Part shown: positions 26,311 through 38,300 of the stretch, piece after piece
Numbering within the stretch: position 1 is the stretch's first letter
How the letters are laid out: the number at the start of each line of letters is the position of its first letter
Assembly (NCBI GenBank): GCA_025201805.1
Contig: MU619338.1
Coordinates: 1-64,000, forward strand
Source of the DNA: Parasitella parasitica NRRL 2501
Lineage: Eukaryota; Fungi; Mucoromycota
DNA: 64,000 nt
Reading direction: 5' to 3'
The notes under the pieces: generated by a model
What the model was told of the DNA's origin: nothing
Databases searched by the model: none
Seen by the model: only the letters and a program-made list of their open reading frames with translations
Position numbers and translations under genes: made by a program

Positions 26311-27433
26311 TTAAACAAAGTTGGAAGAAATCTTCCATCCAATATCTCTGTTGGCATAAAAAGGTACAACAGCACCTAAATCCGCATTGCTGGCAGAAAT
26401 TTCATATTGTTGAGGAACAACAATGTTAGTTTCCTTGACCAAAGTAACCGTTTTGTTCTCGAATCCTGGCTTTTGAGAGAGACCGTAAAATTTCTTACCA
26501 AAATGACAAGCAAAGTTTTCGAGCTTTTCGAGACAACCGATCTCTTCAAAGATCTTGGCGAGGTATGGGAGTACAAGAGGTGTGGTGAATACACCAGCAT
26601 TGGAGCGAGCGCCTTCCTTGGCTGCAACAGGGTGAGGCGCAGAATCTGTACCCAAGAAGAAACGAGGGTGTCCTGATTTGACAACTTCTCTCAAAGCTTC
26701 ACGGTCATGGGGATATTTGGCTACAGGCTTACAGAAGTGATGTGCTTGACCAGCCCAATCATCCACAATCAGCTGAAGGTGGTGAACAGTAATAGTACAG
26801 CCAACAGTGTCGCCCAAGCTTTTGACCATATCTACAGCAGCCTTGGATGTAGCATGCTCCAACACAATCTTCAACTTGGGGAACGCTTCGTGAAGCTTTT
26901 TCAGTTCAGGCAAGAATTTTTCCTCGGCGTTCATGACGCAGATATCACTGTTGTTATCACTAGGACATTCGCCGTGCAAATTCAACACAAGGCCCTCATC
27001 CTCCATGGCCTTGAAAACAGGATAGTACACTTGGTAGTTCTCGATACCGTTCTCGCTGTTGGTGGTGACACCACGAGGGTATGATTTGACACCTGCAATA
27101 CCGGCTTTGGCAGCTTTGCGCACTTCATCTGCAGTGAGGTCAGGAGACAAATAAAGTGTCATGTAAAATGTGACATTAGGAGCAAGGGCTTCCAATTCTG
27201 CTTTATATGCCAAGGCTTCCTCGGTATTTTTGATAGGAGGCTGCAAGTTGGGCTACCATTGATAGAAGTTTGTGATTTATTGCAGTACTTTCCACATTTT
27301 TTTCACTAACCATAATGTAAGCAAGAGACACACCACCTTCTTCAACCTTAGGAGTGACCATACGCATCATATCTCCTTGACGGAGATGAAGATGAAAGTC
27401 AGAAGCAGATGGGATAGTAATGGAAGTAGTCAT
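26311..27433 (-). CDS. URA4: Dihydroorotase (class II, Ura4/PyrC), 2 exons
   Basis: DFHLHLRQG, M|PNLQPPI, GVKSYPRGVTTNS, LNLHGE, VLEHATS, HFCKPVAK, FFLGTDSAPH. Confidence 0.96.
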
Positions 27434-27771
27434 GTTGTCCTTTCAGAGCGTTATCCTTGGTTTGTTTGTTGCAGTGCAAAGAGAAGGAAGATAGTCAACA
27501 AGATGGAGGAGGGGGGTTGTAATGACACCCCGCCTGCTTGATTTGATGGAATTCTATGGAGCTGCTTTGATTTAGATGACCGATAACCATTGGAGATTCG
27601 ATCATTTGGGCATTATCAAGACATTACCTTGTATTATATAAATACACTGAAATATTCCTGTTCCAAGGTTTATTTTGCCTATTTATGGATCATTTTTGCC
27701 AAGAGGAATGCAAATTGCTAATACTAAAAAAAGCGTTTATTTAGATTATTCAAGTTTCTGTAGTTTACATA

Positions 27772-29511
27772 TTATTCAGCATTCTGTACAGTTTTAGACA
27801 CAAGTTCATCTAGTTTCTGTTTGTCAATGTATTCAGTCGAATTGAGTTTAACGATTGTTGTGACAATGCGCTTTTGAATTGATTCCGTTACTGACACTGT
27901 CTCGATAAAGTGGTGCAAGAATGCCACCACTGTATTGACCGTAATGCGGCCAGGATAACCGTTCTTCTCGACAGCCAAGGATTTAATGTCTAATCTTGGA
28001 AGTAGAACATCTAAATAAATCTCGGGCGAGGGTAGCTGGGTAATTATAAGCCCCAATATGTCATGTATTTTGTCTTCAATTGAGAGTTCAGTGTGGTTAG
28101 CGTATGCAATAAACAAGTAATGCACCAATTTCTTCATTGATCTAACTAGATCGTCTGCAGAGGCATATCCCAAAAATAACTTTAGTGAATCGAGACCTGT
28201 CTCTTGTCTAACTTTAATGAAATCGGTAATGCCTTGAAGCAGATATAGAACGCTATGATCGTAGCACATGTGCACCAAATGCCTCAGTCCTATTTAACTT
28301 AAAACATTAATACATCGGACAAATATGTCAATTTGATTACGATTTTACCAATGTTTATTGCTTGCTGTTCATCTGCGGGGACCTCCTTGATGATATCGGC
28401 ATCAGATAAATCCTGTGCACAACTTTTTCCCACTTCAGATATACTGGAAGCACAAGTGTATTGCACACTCGGTAGGTCGTCCAATGTTCCTGATAATATA
28501 ATAGGTAAAATCTGTTCTCCATACTGATATCTATCACGAGGACTCCAACTGCACAACAAGCGACCAAGCACAAGAAATAGGGTATCTCTAACAAGCGCGG
28601 AATTGTCGTAGATCAGCGTTGGTACTATAGGCTGTCTGTCCAATTTCTCGTCATGCTCAAATAATAGGCGTAGCCCTTTAGGTGATGCAATCAGCACTGC
28701 CTCCATTGCCTAGACGGTAGTTTTTGAGTATACTGGCAAGCACCTTCACTCCGTCTGGTTTACCTTGATTCCTTTAACTCGAACTGCTGTATGTTTATGC
28801 ACTAATAGAGGCATAACCAGTCTTATCATTTTTTCACAAGCATAGTCAACGGATTTGGGTTGTTCCTTAGCGTATAGTATAATTAGATCGGCACATTGCT
28901 TTTGGATTTCTGCAAACTGATCATCACCACCTATCTTCATTACCTCCATGAACAATTCGCTCTCCATGACCGATATTTTTGAACATGCCAATCTGGCAAG
29001 TAGAGTCGCACACAGTTGCATCCATGCGTATCGGACCTCCTCTGTTGTCTCGTGTTGTAGTCGTTTTATTAGGTGTTGAAGTAAATGTTCAGTTACAGGC
29101 TTTGATATAGATCCCTTTTTGCAACGATCAACTAGACTTTTTGCATTTGTTTAGAAAAAAAAAAAGGAGCAAAAAGGCACTGACAACTCTCACCTTTTAA
29201 GTATCTCAACTGTTTGCTCTCTGACACTCTCAATTGCACTATTGCTACAAGTAAACAAGGAGTCTTGCAGCTTGCTCAGTAGCTCATTGGCAATGAGAGG
29301 TGCATCGTCCCTTTCCTTGCCTTGTAATGTTTCCTGTTTGACGGCTTGCATTGCTCGTCTCTTGGCAGGTCGTTCTCGGGTGCTGGTATCCTCTAAAATG
29401 GCTAAATGTGGGTTTATAGCCTATTCAGGCGTTGTTTACTACTAATCAATAGTTCCAGGTTCTGTTTTTTTTTTTTTGCCTTACTTGAATTATTTCGTCT
29501 ACTGCTTGCAT
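27772..29511 (-). CDS. HEAT-repeat protein resembling the N-terminal part of DNAAF5/HEATR2, ~500 aa, 5 exons
   Basis: KRRAMQAV, ETTEEVRYAWMQL, DQFAEIQKQCA, HKHTAVRVKGIKA, DNSALVR, RDRYQYGEQILPIILSGTLDDLPSVQ and GLRHLV occur in the same order as motifs recalled from DNAAF5 ([84 protein letters not shown]). Confidence 0.75.
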
Positions 29512-31035
29512 TTGTTTCTATATTAGAAGCACATACAAATAAATAAAAAAAAAGATTTTCTCCAGTAATACTAAATCTGTTTCGGAGAAGGAACTACTGC
29601 ATGTGCCATTCATTGCAACAGACAACAGAGGTGCCTCAAGTTCGGATGTGTTTTAGAATGGTGTAAAAGAACAATATTTTGGCTAAAGGCTATATCTCTA
29701 CCGCTTAGTAGTTTGCAAAGATATTAGAGATTGCAAATTATGCCTTTAAGCGGGGGGAAAAGGTGCTGGTCATTGATCAAGAGGCCTTTATTTTAACCAA
29801 AACATGAAGCTACATAAAATCAGCTTTTGAGGCCGGATTATACCATGTCTCAGCTATTGATTTATATTGACACATACCCAAGTTACCTATTACGATTATG
29901 CTTTGCTCCTCAATTGAAAATAGATGGTGCATTACTGAAGGCCTAATATATGCAGTGCGTAAATTCAATCCCAGCAGTATGTTGCCATTCAATTTCAAAT
30001 CATGCATCAAATCTTTGTTGCTAAATATCCCAACAAAGTATTAGCTATATCTGATATGAGCAATAGTTGTTGTTTGTCAAAAAACAAGATATGTATCGAA
30101 CCATGTAGCTTACAGTACTATTGATGTACATTTTTATAGAATCAATTTTCAATAATTCAAAAACCACCTTTTTTGATAGTTTTTCACTAAAAGCGACCCT
30201 ATTTTGAGCACATCTTACCCTATAAACCCTACTAATCGATTCATCACATTAATACCTACACGTCCATATCTTTTGCACAACTGTAACTCAACTATTTCTA
30301 CTAAAAATCAAAATCTTGTCGAGACCCAATTGAATCTACCATTTTTCGTCCCAGGCTTTATGCAGTCAAAATCGAACCTTCAAAACCCTATTAACCCAAT
30401 TCCCTTTTTCTCCATTATCTCACTCAAAAAATCATGAAACAAAAGCCATTCCATACCTATTGACTAGCGGAGTTGGAACTTAAATCGAAGTTTCGTTTCA
30501 ATCGGCGATTAAAAATGTGACACTAATTTGCCTTACAAGAAGCCACACTTCCTAATCCGAGCAAGAATAGTTGCAATGAGAAGCGAGTTAAAACAATGGT
30601 AACGACTGCATTCTATAGAAACAGCATTTGTATAGTAAAAGTAAATGTTTCTTGTCTCAGTTGGTTGTATCTGTTAATATGTAACTATATCATCTAGTTA
30701 CTACATCTTGCCAATGCACTTTAAGACACCAAATTTATGTCAAACTTTATTCCCCACGATGAATCAAAAAAAAGTTAATTAATTCATTATATAGAAGTAT
30801 ATATCCGTTCGATATTAAAATGTTAAGATGACTCTTAAGCTCACAACAAGCAGATGCCCAAATGCATATACTATACAAAAAATCAAGCACTCTTGAGTTA
30901 ATTATAATTACATGGTAGACTATTTATGTAAATCGACCTTTTCGTATTCCTCGAATGATACATTAAACAGAAGACTCAAATATAAAGCATAATTGTAACA
31001 GAGTGCAAATAAAAAAAACTGCCAATTGGTTTTGA

Positions 31036-33179
31036 TCATGACTGTTGCTTTGAGTTGTTCTTGTATTTAGATAAAGCATACATAACTTTTTCATCTTGAT
31101 ATAATTCTTTTGATTCTTTAAACAGCACGATATCAACGCCCTTCGCTGCTCGTCTTGCAATAGCTAGCCTTGTGAATAATTGCATCAAGCTTTGTGAAGG
31201 AGGAGAATGCTGATGATCATATGCTGTGTGGCCTTCTATCCTTGCTGTCGATGACCGCAGGGATGCAGCAATATCCAGTGGCTGATGCCCCGTCAATGAT
31301 GGCTCCAAGACTAGCTCTGCTAGTTTGGAAGCAGCCTTGTCTTTCTCGTCATCTACATCATTGTCAAGACACTCTTCATCTGTATCCTCTTCGTCATATG
31401 TGACAGTGGTCGCTGCATTATCATCATGGCGCACGATGGTTGTCGAAAGGTCAGGCGAGGATTCAGTCCTGTGATCTGCAGAAAGATTAGAGGTGAAAAA
31501 TGCAGAAAATGTCAAGCTTCTTTTATTCCTCATGCGGCGACGCTTTTTGGCTTCTTTTGAAAGACGATGACGGCAATGATTTGTGGTTATATCTCTGATA
31601 AATATTTTTATAATCTGGCCTGGGAACTCGTTTGCTATTCTTGTGTAGATCTCCAGATCAATTTCACCAGAATCACCTACAAGGACAAATTTGCGATGTG
31701 GAAAATCTCGCAATATTTTGCATATGGATTCTCGTTTGGAGCGACCTGATTCTTGCACTAGTTTCGAAATAATCCCAGTGCTTGGTCGTAGATGAAAACT
31801 GCCTGGTGGAAAATGATGGTTGTCGATGAACTGATGCAGCATGTGTACTAGCTGAAAAGGACTGTTGGAAACATAATGGTAAGATGCACCTTGATTGTAC
31901 TTTATAGTCAAGACATATATGTAAGTTCAATAGAGTCTTTAAGCTTGTGCATATATTGAGCTTACCCAATGTAAATATGCATCCGCCATACCTGGAACTG
32001 CACGAGTTGGGTTGAAAAAGGTATTAGAGAGTACAGTGCGAGCACCTGATAGTACCCGAGTATCTTTGATGGTGTCGTCAATATCACTGATTACAGACAC
32101 TCCATAGGGTTCAATTAATTGGACTATGCCGTATTTCGGAGGAAAACAAAAGCCTTTTTTAGTGCTGAGATCGCTATTGGACTGGGATCTGATTTTTATC
32201 ATGCGTTCCTCTACAACTGTGTCATTATTACTGTGAGTCCAGGCACCAACTTGTTGTTCTGAGACACGAAATTCGCCTTCGAAGATGCCAGTTCCCTTTG
32301 ATTCCAGTGTAACACCATTTTCATTCATACAAGAACCAGCCCTACTTTGATCGCAGCAGCTGATCTCTTTTTCGTCATCTTCATCACTGCTGGTATTAGA
32401 TCCACGATGGTCGACATTAGAAGCCGTAAATGTAGGGGGATAGGGTGTATCAAGAATGATGGGCAGGGGTTTCACAGCATCATCATGAATGACTATACAA
32501 CTGTGATCCATATATTGTTTTGTCGCATTGCAGATCTTTTGCCATTGTGGTGATGTTTTCTCTGGTGGCAATTGAAAATCTGAGAGGCCGTCGTGTGGTG
32601 TCGGTGGCAATTCGAAGATATGATTGTTGCAAAGCTGAAACCATTCTGCATTGGTGGCCGCTCCGATAGCCTCTATTTCAATTCTCTTGTTGCGTTTACC
32701 TTTCGCCATAAAGTATTTGAATCGATGTTCAAACATTTTATCAGCATTTTCATGAGTTGCAGAGCCTTTTCCAGCAACACTTCTTGTAATACCTACATGG
32801 CTCAATGGTTATAGTCGTGCCCTTAGCCTTTAGATTAGTAATGCCCTTGTTACCTTTCAAAACTCTTTGCTTTGAACCAGGCCTTTTCAAAGATAGCGCC
32901 CATCCTTTTGTGCGGACAATCCACTTGTCAATGTCTGGAATGAAACGTATTGTTATTCTTGTATTTAACTGAATATAAGAGAGAAATCGGCTTACTGGAA
33001 GGGTCTCTGAATGCATAGGTAGGAAATAGGATACACTCACGATCAACTGAACGATGAGCTTTTTTAGTATTTACAGATAGCGGTGATGATTGTGCAGCAG
33101 TTTTTACTGTGGTATTCGAAGCCATTGATAACGATGATTTTGCTGTTAAATGATAGTGCTTTAATGAAGGTTTATGCAT
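31036..33179 (-). CDS. APP1: App1-family phosphatidate phosphatase (DUF2183)
   Basis: ILFPTYA, VISDIDDTIK (DxDxT), HYVSNSPFQL, FPPGSFHLR, FPHRKFVLVGDSGEIDLEIY, IFIRD. Confidence 0.9.
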
Positions 33180-33387
33180 AGCTGTTTATTTAAAATGGCA
33201 TGTCTTTTGTTGATGTATACGAGGAGAGAAAGAGGAGCAGCAATACAACATGTCTCGGTTCATATATGTAAAATGGAGATCAGTTGATGTCCCGCCGAGT
33301 TGTGTTTTTCCATTTCTCATTTCAATTTGTTGCTAAAAACATGCATCCGTGTTATTCCATGTTTCGTGCATTTCATCATCAAATTAC

Positions 33388-34423
33388 TTACAGCCTTTTT
33401 TTGGTTTCTAGATCTTTGATTTTGTTTAGTAATCTCTCGCGGTCTGTGTTTGCGCAGGATAGTTTAGATTCTAATGTTTGCGCAGAGTCGTTGATTTGTT
33501 CAAGTTTGGAGCGCTTTGATTCGGCTTCTACTTCTCTTGAATGTAGAGATTCTTGAAGTTTCTACACAACCATCCTGTTAATAGCCTGCTCACAATCCTG
33601 CAGCTAGTTCTACCTTTATGTCAATATCCAGGGCTCTGCTTTCGTCGTCTAAATTCTGAAATTCGCTTGATGTAGTCTCGATTGAAGTTCTCAAAGCTTC
33701 ATTTTCCTCTTTTATTTGATCCAATTGCTTAACCTCTGCATGTAATCTTCGTTTTACGTCGTCCACTTCCACTTCAAGTGCGGTCAATCGCCTCGAATGG
33801 TTCAAGCTATCATCTTCTAGCTGTTGGTATTCAATTCGTTGATTTGCGTTCAGTTCCTCAATGTTGATTGTATGGTTTCTTTCCAGCTCTTGAAGCTCTG
33901 TTCGCAATGCTGCTGCTTTTTGCAACGCTTCCTTTTCCTGCGATTCTTTCTCATCTTTGGTTATCTCTAATTCACGCTTGAATTTGTGCAATTCATCCAC
34001 TGGAAAGAAAAAAGGGTTAATCAGTATGCGGTTGACGTACTGAACCGTTGTTATTCTCACGTCTTTGCTTGTTCATCTCAAACATATTCGTCATATCTGC
34101 CACTTTACCCTGTTCATAAACAGCTATGGTTCAGAAATATGTCTATTATCCTGCGAATCCCGTCTTACCCTTAGATCCCATGCTGGTCTTTCTTTTAATC
34201 CTGCAGCTGTTGTTTTGAATGACTTTGCCAATGACTTTGGCTCTTCTGGTTTCTTCTTTCTCGGTAACCCTGATTTATTTCCTGCTATTTGTGCGTTCAC
34301 TGCTTTCGCACGAGCCATAGACGCTTTTGTACCTACAATAGCTGGCGTTACTGGTGCTATCTTTCGTTGCTTGCCTTTGCTGGCTAAAGTAGGGGAGGTT
34401 GCAACACGTTTTCTGCTCTCCAT
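33388..34423 (-). CDS. Kinesin-14 (KIFC1/Ncd/KlpA-type) tail and coiled-coil protein lacking the motor domain, ~290 aa
   Basis: Basic tail, KERPAWDLR|GKVADM (kinesin-14 RPAWDLKG motif), long coiled coil, neck-like DRERLLNKIKDLE, then stop (TAA 33388-33390, or NKLK* ending at 33317 if a further intron is used); the next gene starts at 33179. Confidence 0.7.
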
Positions 34424-35310
34424 TATATGTAGAAAAATAAACTGAAAAGGACAAGTGAAATATTTTCAAGGCGAATCAAACTAAATCTATTGCAACTCAG
34501 TGAGAAAGGGCCAACAATGCTTGCAACGTTTAGTGCGCCTGATGGTAACGTAAATCTCTGTTATTCTTCTTTTCTTCGACATTTTTTATATCTGTACAAT
34601 GTTATAACAAGTAAACGCAAATACCGTCTGCTTCTATAACAAAAGACAAACAACGTAACATTGAAATATGTACCTCCTACTATTTACTAGCTGATGAATA
34701 CTCACTTCAAAGTACCAGTTTGCCAATATAAACCCATCTTTCTACCCGTTCGATTTTGTATCATATATCTTCTGTTTTTTTTTAACCAAATGTTCTGTAA
34801 TAGCGTATGATATTTCGTTAGCAACTTTGGGAGAGACAGTTCTTTGAGTTTACTTGTAATACTTGTAGTTTGAATATTGTATTGCTAACAGCTTCTTCTT
34901 TGATTAAATGCTTCACCAGAGCTTTCATTTTCTTGTGGCTTTATTTAATTAGAAACATGTCATCTATGTCTCGATTATATTTGATAGTCTTCAGTTGCTT
35001 GCCTTTCAATTTATCAATCCGCATATCAATTCGTTTTACTTGTTAAAAAGCTTTGTGTTGGGAAGAGCAATATTAATACGAGACATTTTAAGCTGAATAA
35101 GGGTTTCCTATGTATCTAAGATTGCTTTTATTAAACATGTTACGGTGAAAGTCCTTGTATAACGCCTGTAAATTGTTTGAAACACATCTTCGCCAACAAC
35201 CAACACATATTAGCAGTTTAGAGGAGGGTACTACAGAATACAGTAAGGTCAGGTAATGTAACATAATATTTGCAAAATCTTGTCCTTGATGATGATCGAC
35301 AAAATAAATC

Positions 35311-38300
35311 TTATTTCAAATTCATTTTCTTCTTTATCGAGCTGGTACTTGTAGACGTTGAAGGTGTATTGATAACCAGGGTCGGCAGCGGCTCAATAGT
35401 CGACTCATCCGTGATTAGTCTTAATCGATGACGAGTAGTCGTCGATAAGGATATCAGATCATCTGCTTTTGCAGCTGTGGCAGTAATATCATCCGTTCTG
35501 AATTTTTCAGATCCTTCCCAGGGAAAGCTCAAAAAGTCATGCTCCAGTTGCTCTGTTTGCATCAAATCTGTCCAATAACGGTCAGCTTGATTCCACGGTA
35601 AATCTGATTCTACTTTCTTTGCATAACATAGCTGTAATCTGTGTGTATTATAATGCGATGGTAGTTGGTGAATATCACCCATAAGACTGCTTAGATTTTC
35701 ATTGCCAAGCCATAGCCACATGGCATAATAAAGCTGTTGTAGCACCTCGGCACCAAGCACTGTATGACCCGAGGTAACCTTATGGTTGAAGCTATTGTCG
35801 CCATTTTTTGTCATCGTAGCAGTAGCAGCAGTAACGCTTATCTTTTGTCCGTAATATGTTTGTACGCTAGCAATGTAGTCCCGTAATTTAGTTGTCAGCT
35901 CGTTCTTTTTGTTAAAGCATATGCTGCCTAACGTAACCTGATCGTTTATGTTTAGATAGTACAAGCTAAAGAACATTTGTAGATAGAGTGGTAGCAGAGG
36001 ATGATCCACTGGCATGACGACAATGTGTTGCAACCACCGATAAATAGTCAAATACTCTAGTGGTTTCTGTTGAGATGTCAGCCTGTATATGGATGCAAGA
36101 TCAATAGACGGTTTGAGTTGCTCTTGTTCATGTGCTGTTGTGCTTGTTGATAATTGCTCGGTAATCAGGCTGCACAGCTCTTGTCGGAACGAGGCTTCAT
36201 TGATGGTTTCCATGACAAGAACTTCAAATGCAAACCAGTGGCAGTTCTGCTCAACGCCCGGGCCTTTGCTCGCCTTCAACATGGACCATTCACCAGTAAG
36301 TAATGAAGCGTAAGGACCCCCATCAGACACAACCATGTTTTTAATGAAGCGTGTCAAGCGAGGGGAACTAGCCGATTGCAGCAGTTTCGTACTCTTCATC
36401 CGTTTGTGCTCCTCAAGCAGCATCTGGTACACCATGCCATGTCGATAGAGGATGGATGCAAACTTGCACAGACTATCTACGACACTTACATAGCCACTGT
36501 GCCACATCCAGTCTGATTTCCGAAACGCGGTTTTGAGCCATGAATGCAATACTAAATCCACGTAGGAAAACCCTTTGCCATTTTCGTCCATCAAGTCGCT
36601 TACAGAGTCAATGAGATGAGCATGCCAAACATGGGAGCCAATAATGAGGTCAATGCCAGTGTTTGCGGTACCTTTGTGCATCTTTGCCGCTACCTTGGCC
36701 AGCATTGGATCCGTCTTCAGCTCAATCAGGTGCTTGAAGAAGTCAGACAAACTTTCGTCGTTGAAAAAGTCATCGCCATGCATATAAACAAAGGAGGGTA
36801 TCATCTCGCTAAATGCGTGTATCACGGCTTCAGGCTTTCCTCTTTTCAGAATGACCAACAGTTTCATCCAGCCGTCATTTGACTCGAACCGCAAAAAGTG
36901 TCGACTGGTTACAGAGAGCATAAACGATATGTAAATCAAAAGAGCACTGTGTGATGAGGACACATTGTTGTAGCTGTTGAGCACAAGCTTGAGAAAGGAT
37001 ATTGTGATTGAATTTTCAATATCGCTGGCTCGTGGAGATACAGGGCAATCGTACAGCTTAAGTTGGATGGCAACTGACCAGGCCCAGTTGATGATATCGC
37101 TTGCTGTGTTTCGGTTGCTGCTATTGTTGCCACTACTGCCGCCGCCGGTTATGTTGTTGTCATAGGTCGACTTTAATAGCTGAATTTGGTCTGCTATAGG
37201 CAAATAAGTAGAAACTGCAGTGGTTACCGTGCCAACCAGCTCAATAGCGCCTTTATTTTCGCTAGTATTTGCGTTCGTATCAGGCAAAGGCTGAAACTGT
37301 TGACATGCATCAAGCAAAATAAAGGCGACTTCCTCGTGTATATCGTAATTGAGAAACGGCAACTTTCGGCTGTGCCATGGTTGAGATTTGGAAGAATGAG
37401 GGTCGACAGAAGCGCAGTGGTAGCCATAATTCAAGTGCTGAAGGATGTATTTTGCAAGTTGGACCTGTGCAGTCTGTTGCGATGTCATAGCTGTGGCCTT
37501 GGAAGCAGAAGACATCAGCTTGTGCAATAGCTTCAAATCATTTTTTAAAACAATCCAATTATCCAAGTTCAGAGAGTGGAATAGGTAGAGTGCCATACGC
37601 TCCATGGTGGCAATGTGCTCTACAGTCCATCGAAATAAAAGCGAGACAATGAAAGGATGGCTCTTGCAGATGAGTCCAAAATGGTCTCGCGCATCCTTAT
37701 AGAAAACTTCGCGCAGGTTTTTATCGACAAAGGCAACTGTAAACAAGGTGTATGATATCACAGCGACTATGCAAGCGGATAGAGTGCTCTTGGGATCGTT
37801 GACTGCGCTGATTTCGTCGACGCCTGATGGGATACAAGTAGCAATGTTGGTCAAGCAATTCAGCATGAAGAAGCCTTGGATTTGGCTATCGTTCAGTTCG
37901 TACAGGAAGCGAGTGATATTCGGTAGATGGTCGTCGAGGACCTGATTGATAGAGCAGGGCGGTGGTGTGGCATTCTTCAGCTGTAAAATGCGCGCAGTAA
38001 CAAGCCATAGTGCGTCAATCGAGAGTGCCTTGAAGGGTATATTTGGCAAAAAGAACCATCCGCCATTGTCTTTTAAATCGTAAAATCCAAAAATCAGTTG
38101 ACTTAGAAACGTGTCCACTTGATCTTGACATTCCCACCCTTTTTCAGCAACTGTGTCGACTAGCAGGATGGCTATTTGAGTGATTGTCTGGGCCAGTCTT
38201 TTGACTAGGTTACTCATGTTTTTAGATCGAAGAATAGCCTGCATTAATTTATCTCTTAGAGTCTGGCTGAAATTTAGAACAGTGCCAAAAGGCTCTTTTT

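Noticed and set aside
29600-31000. Short ORFs in the intergenic region between the DNAAF5-like gene and APP1
   Set aside because: Non-ATG starts, no splice chain or motifs.
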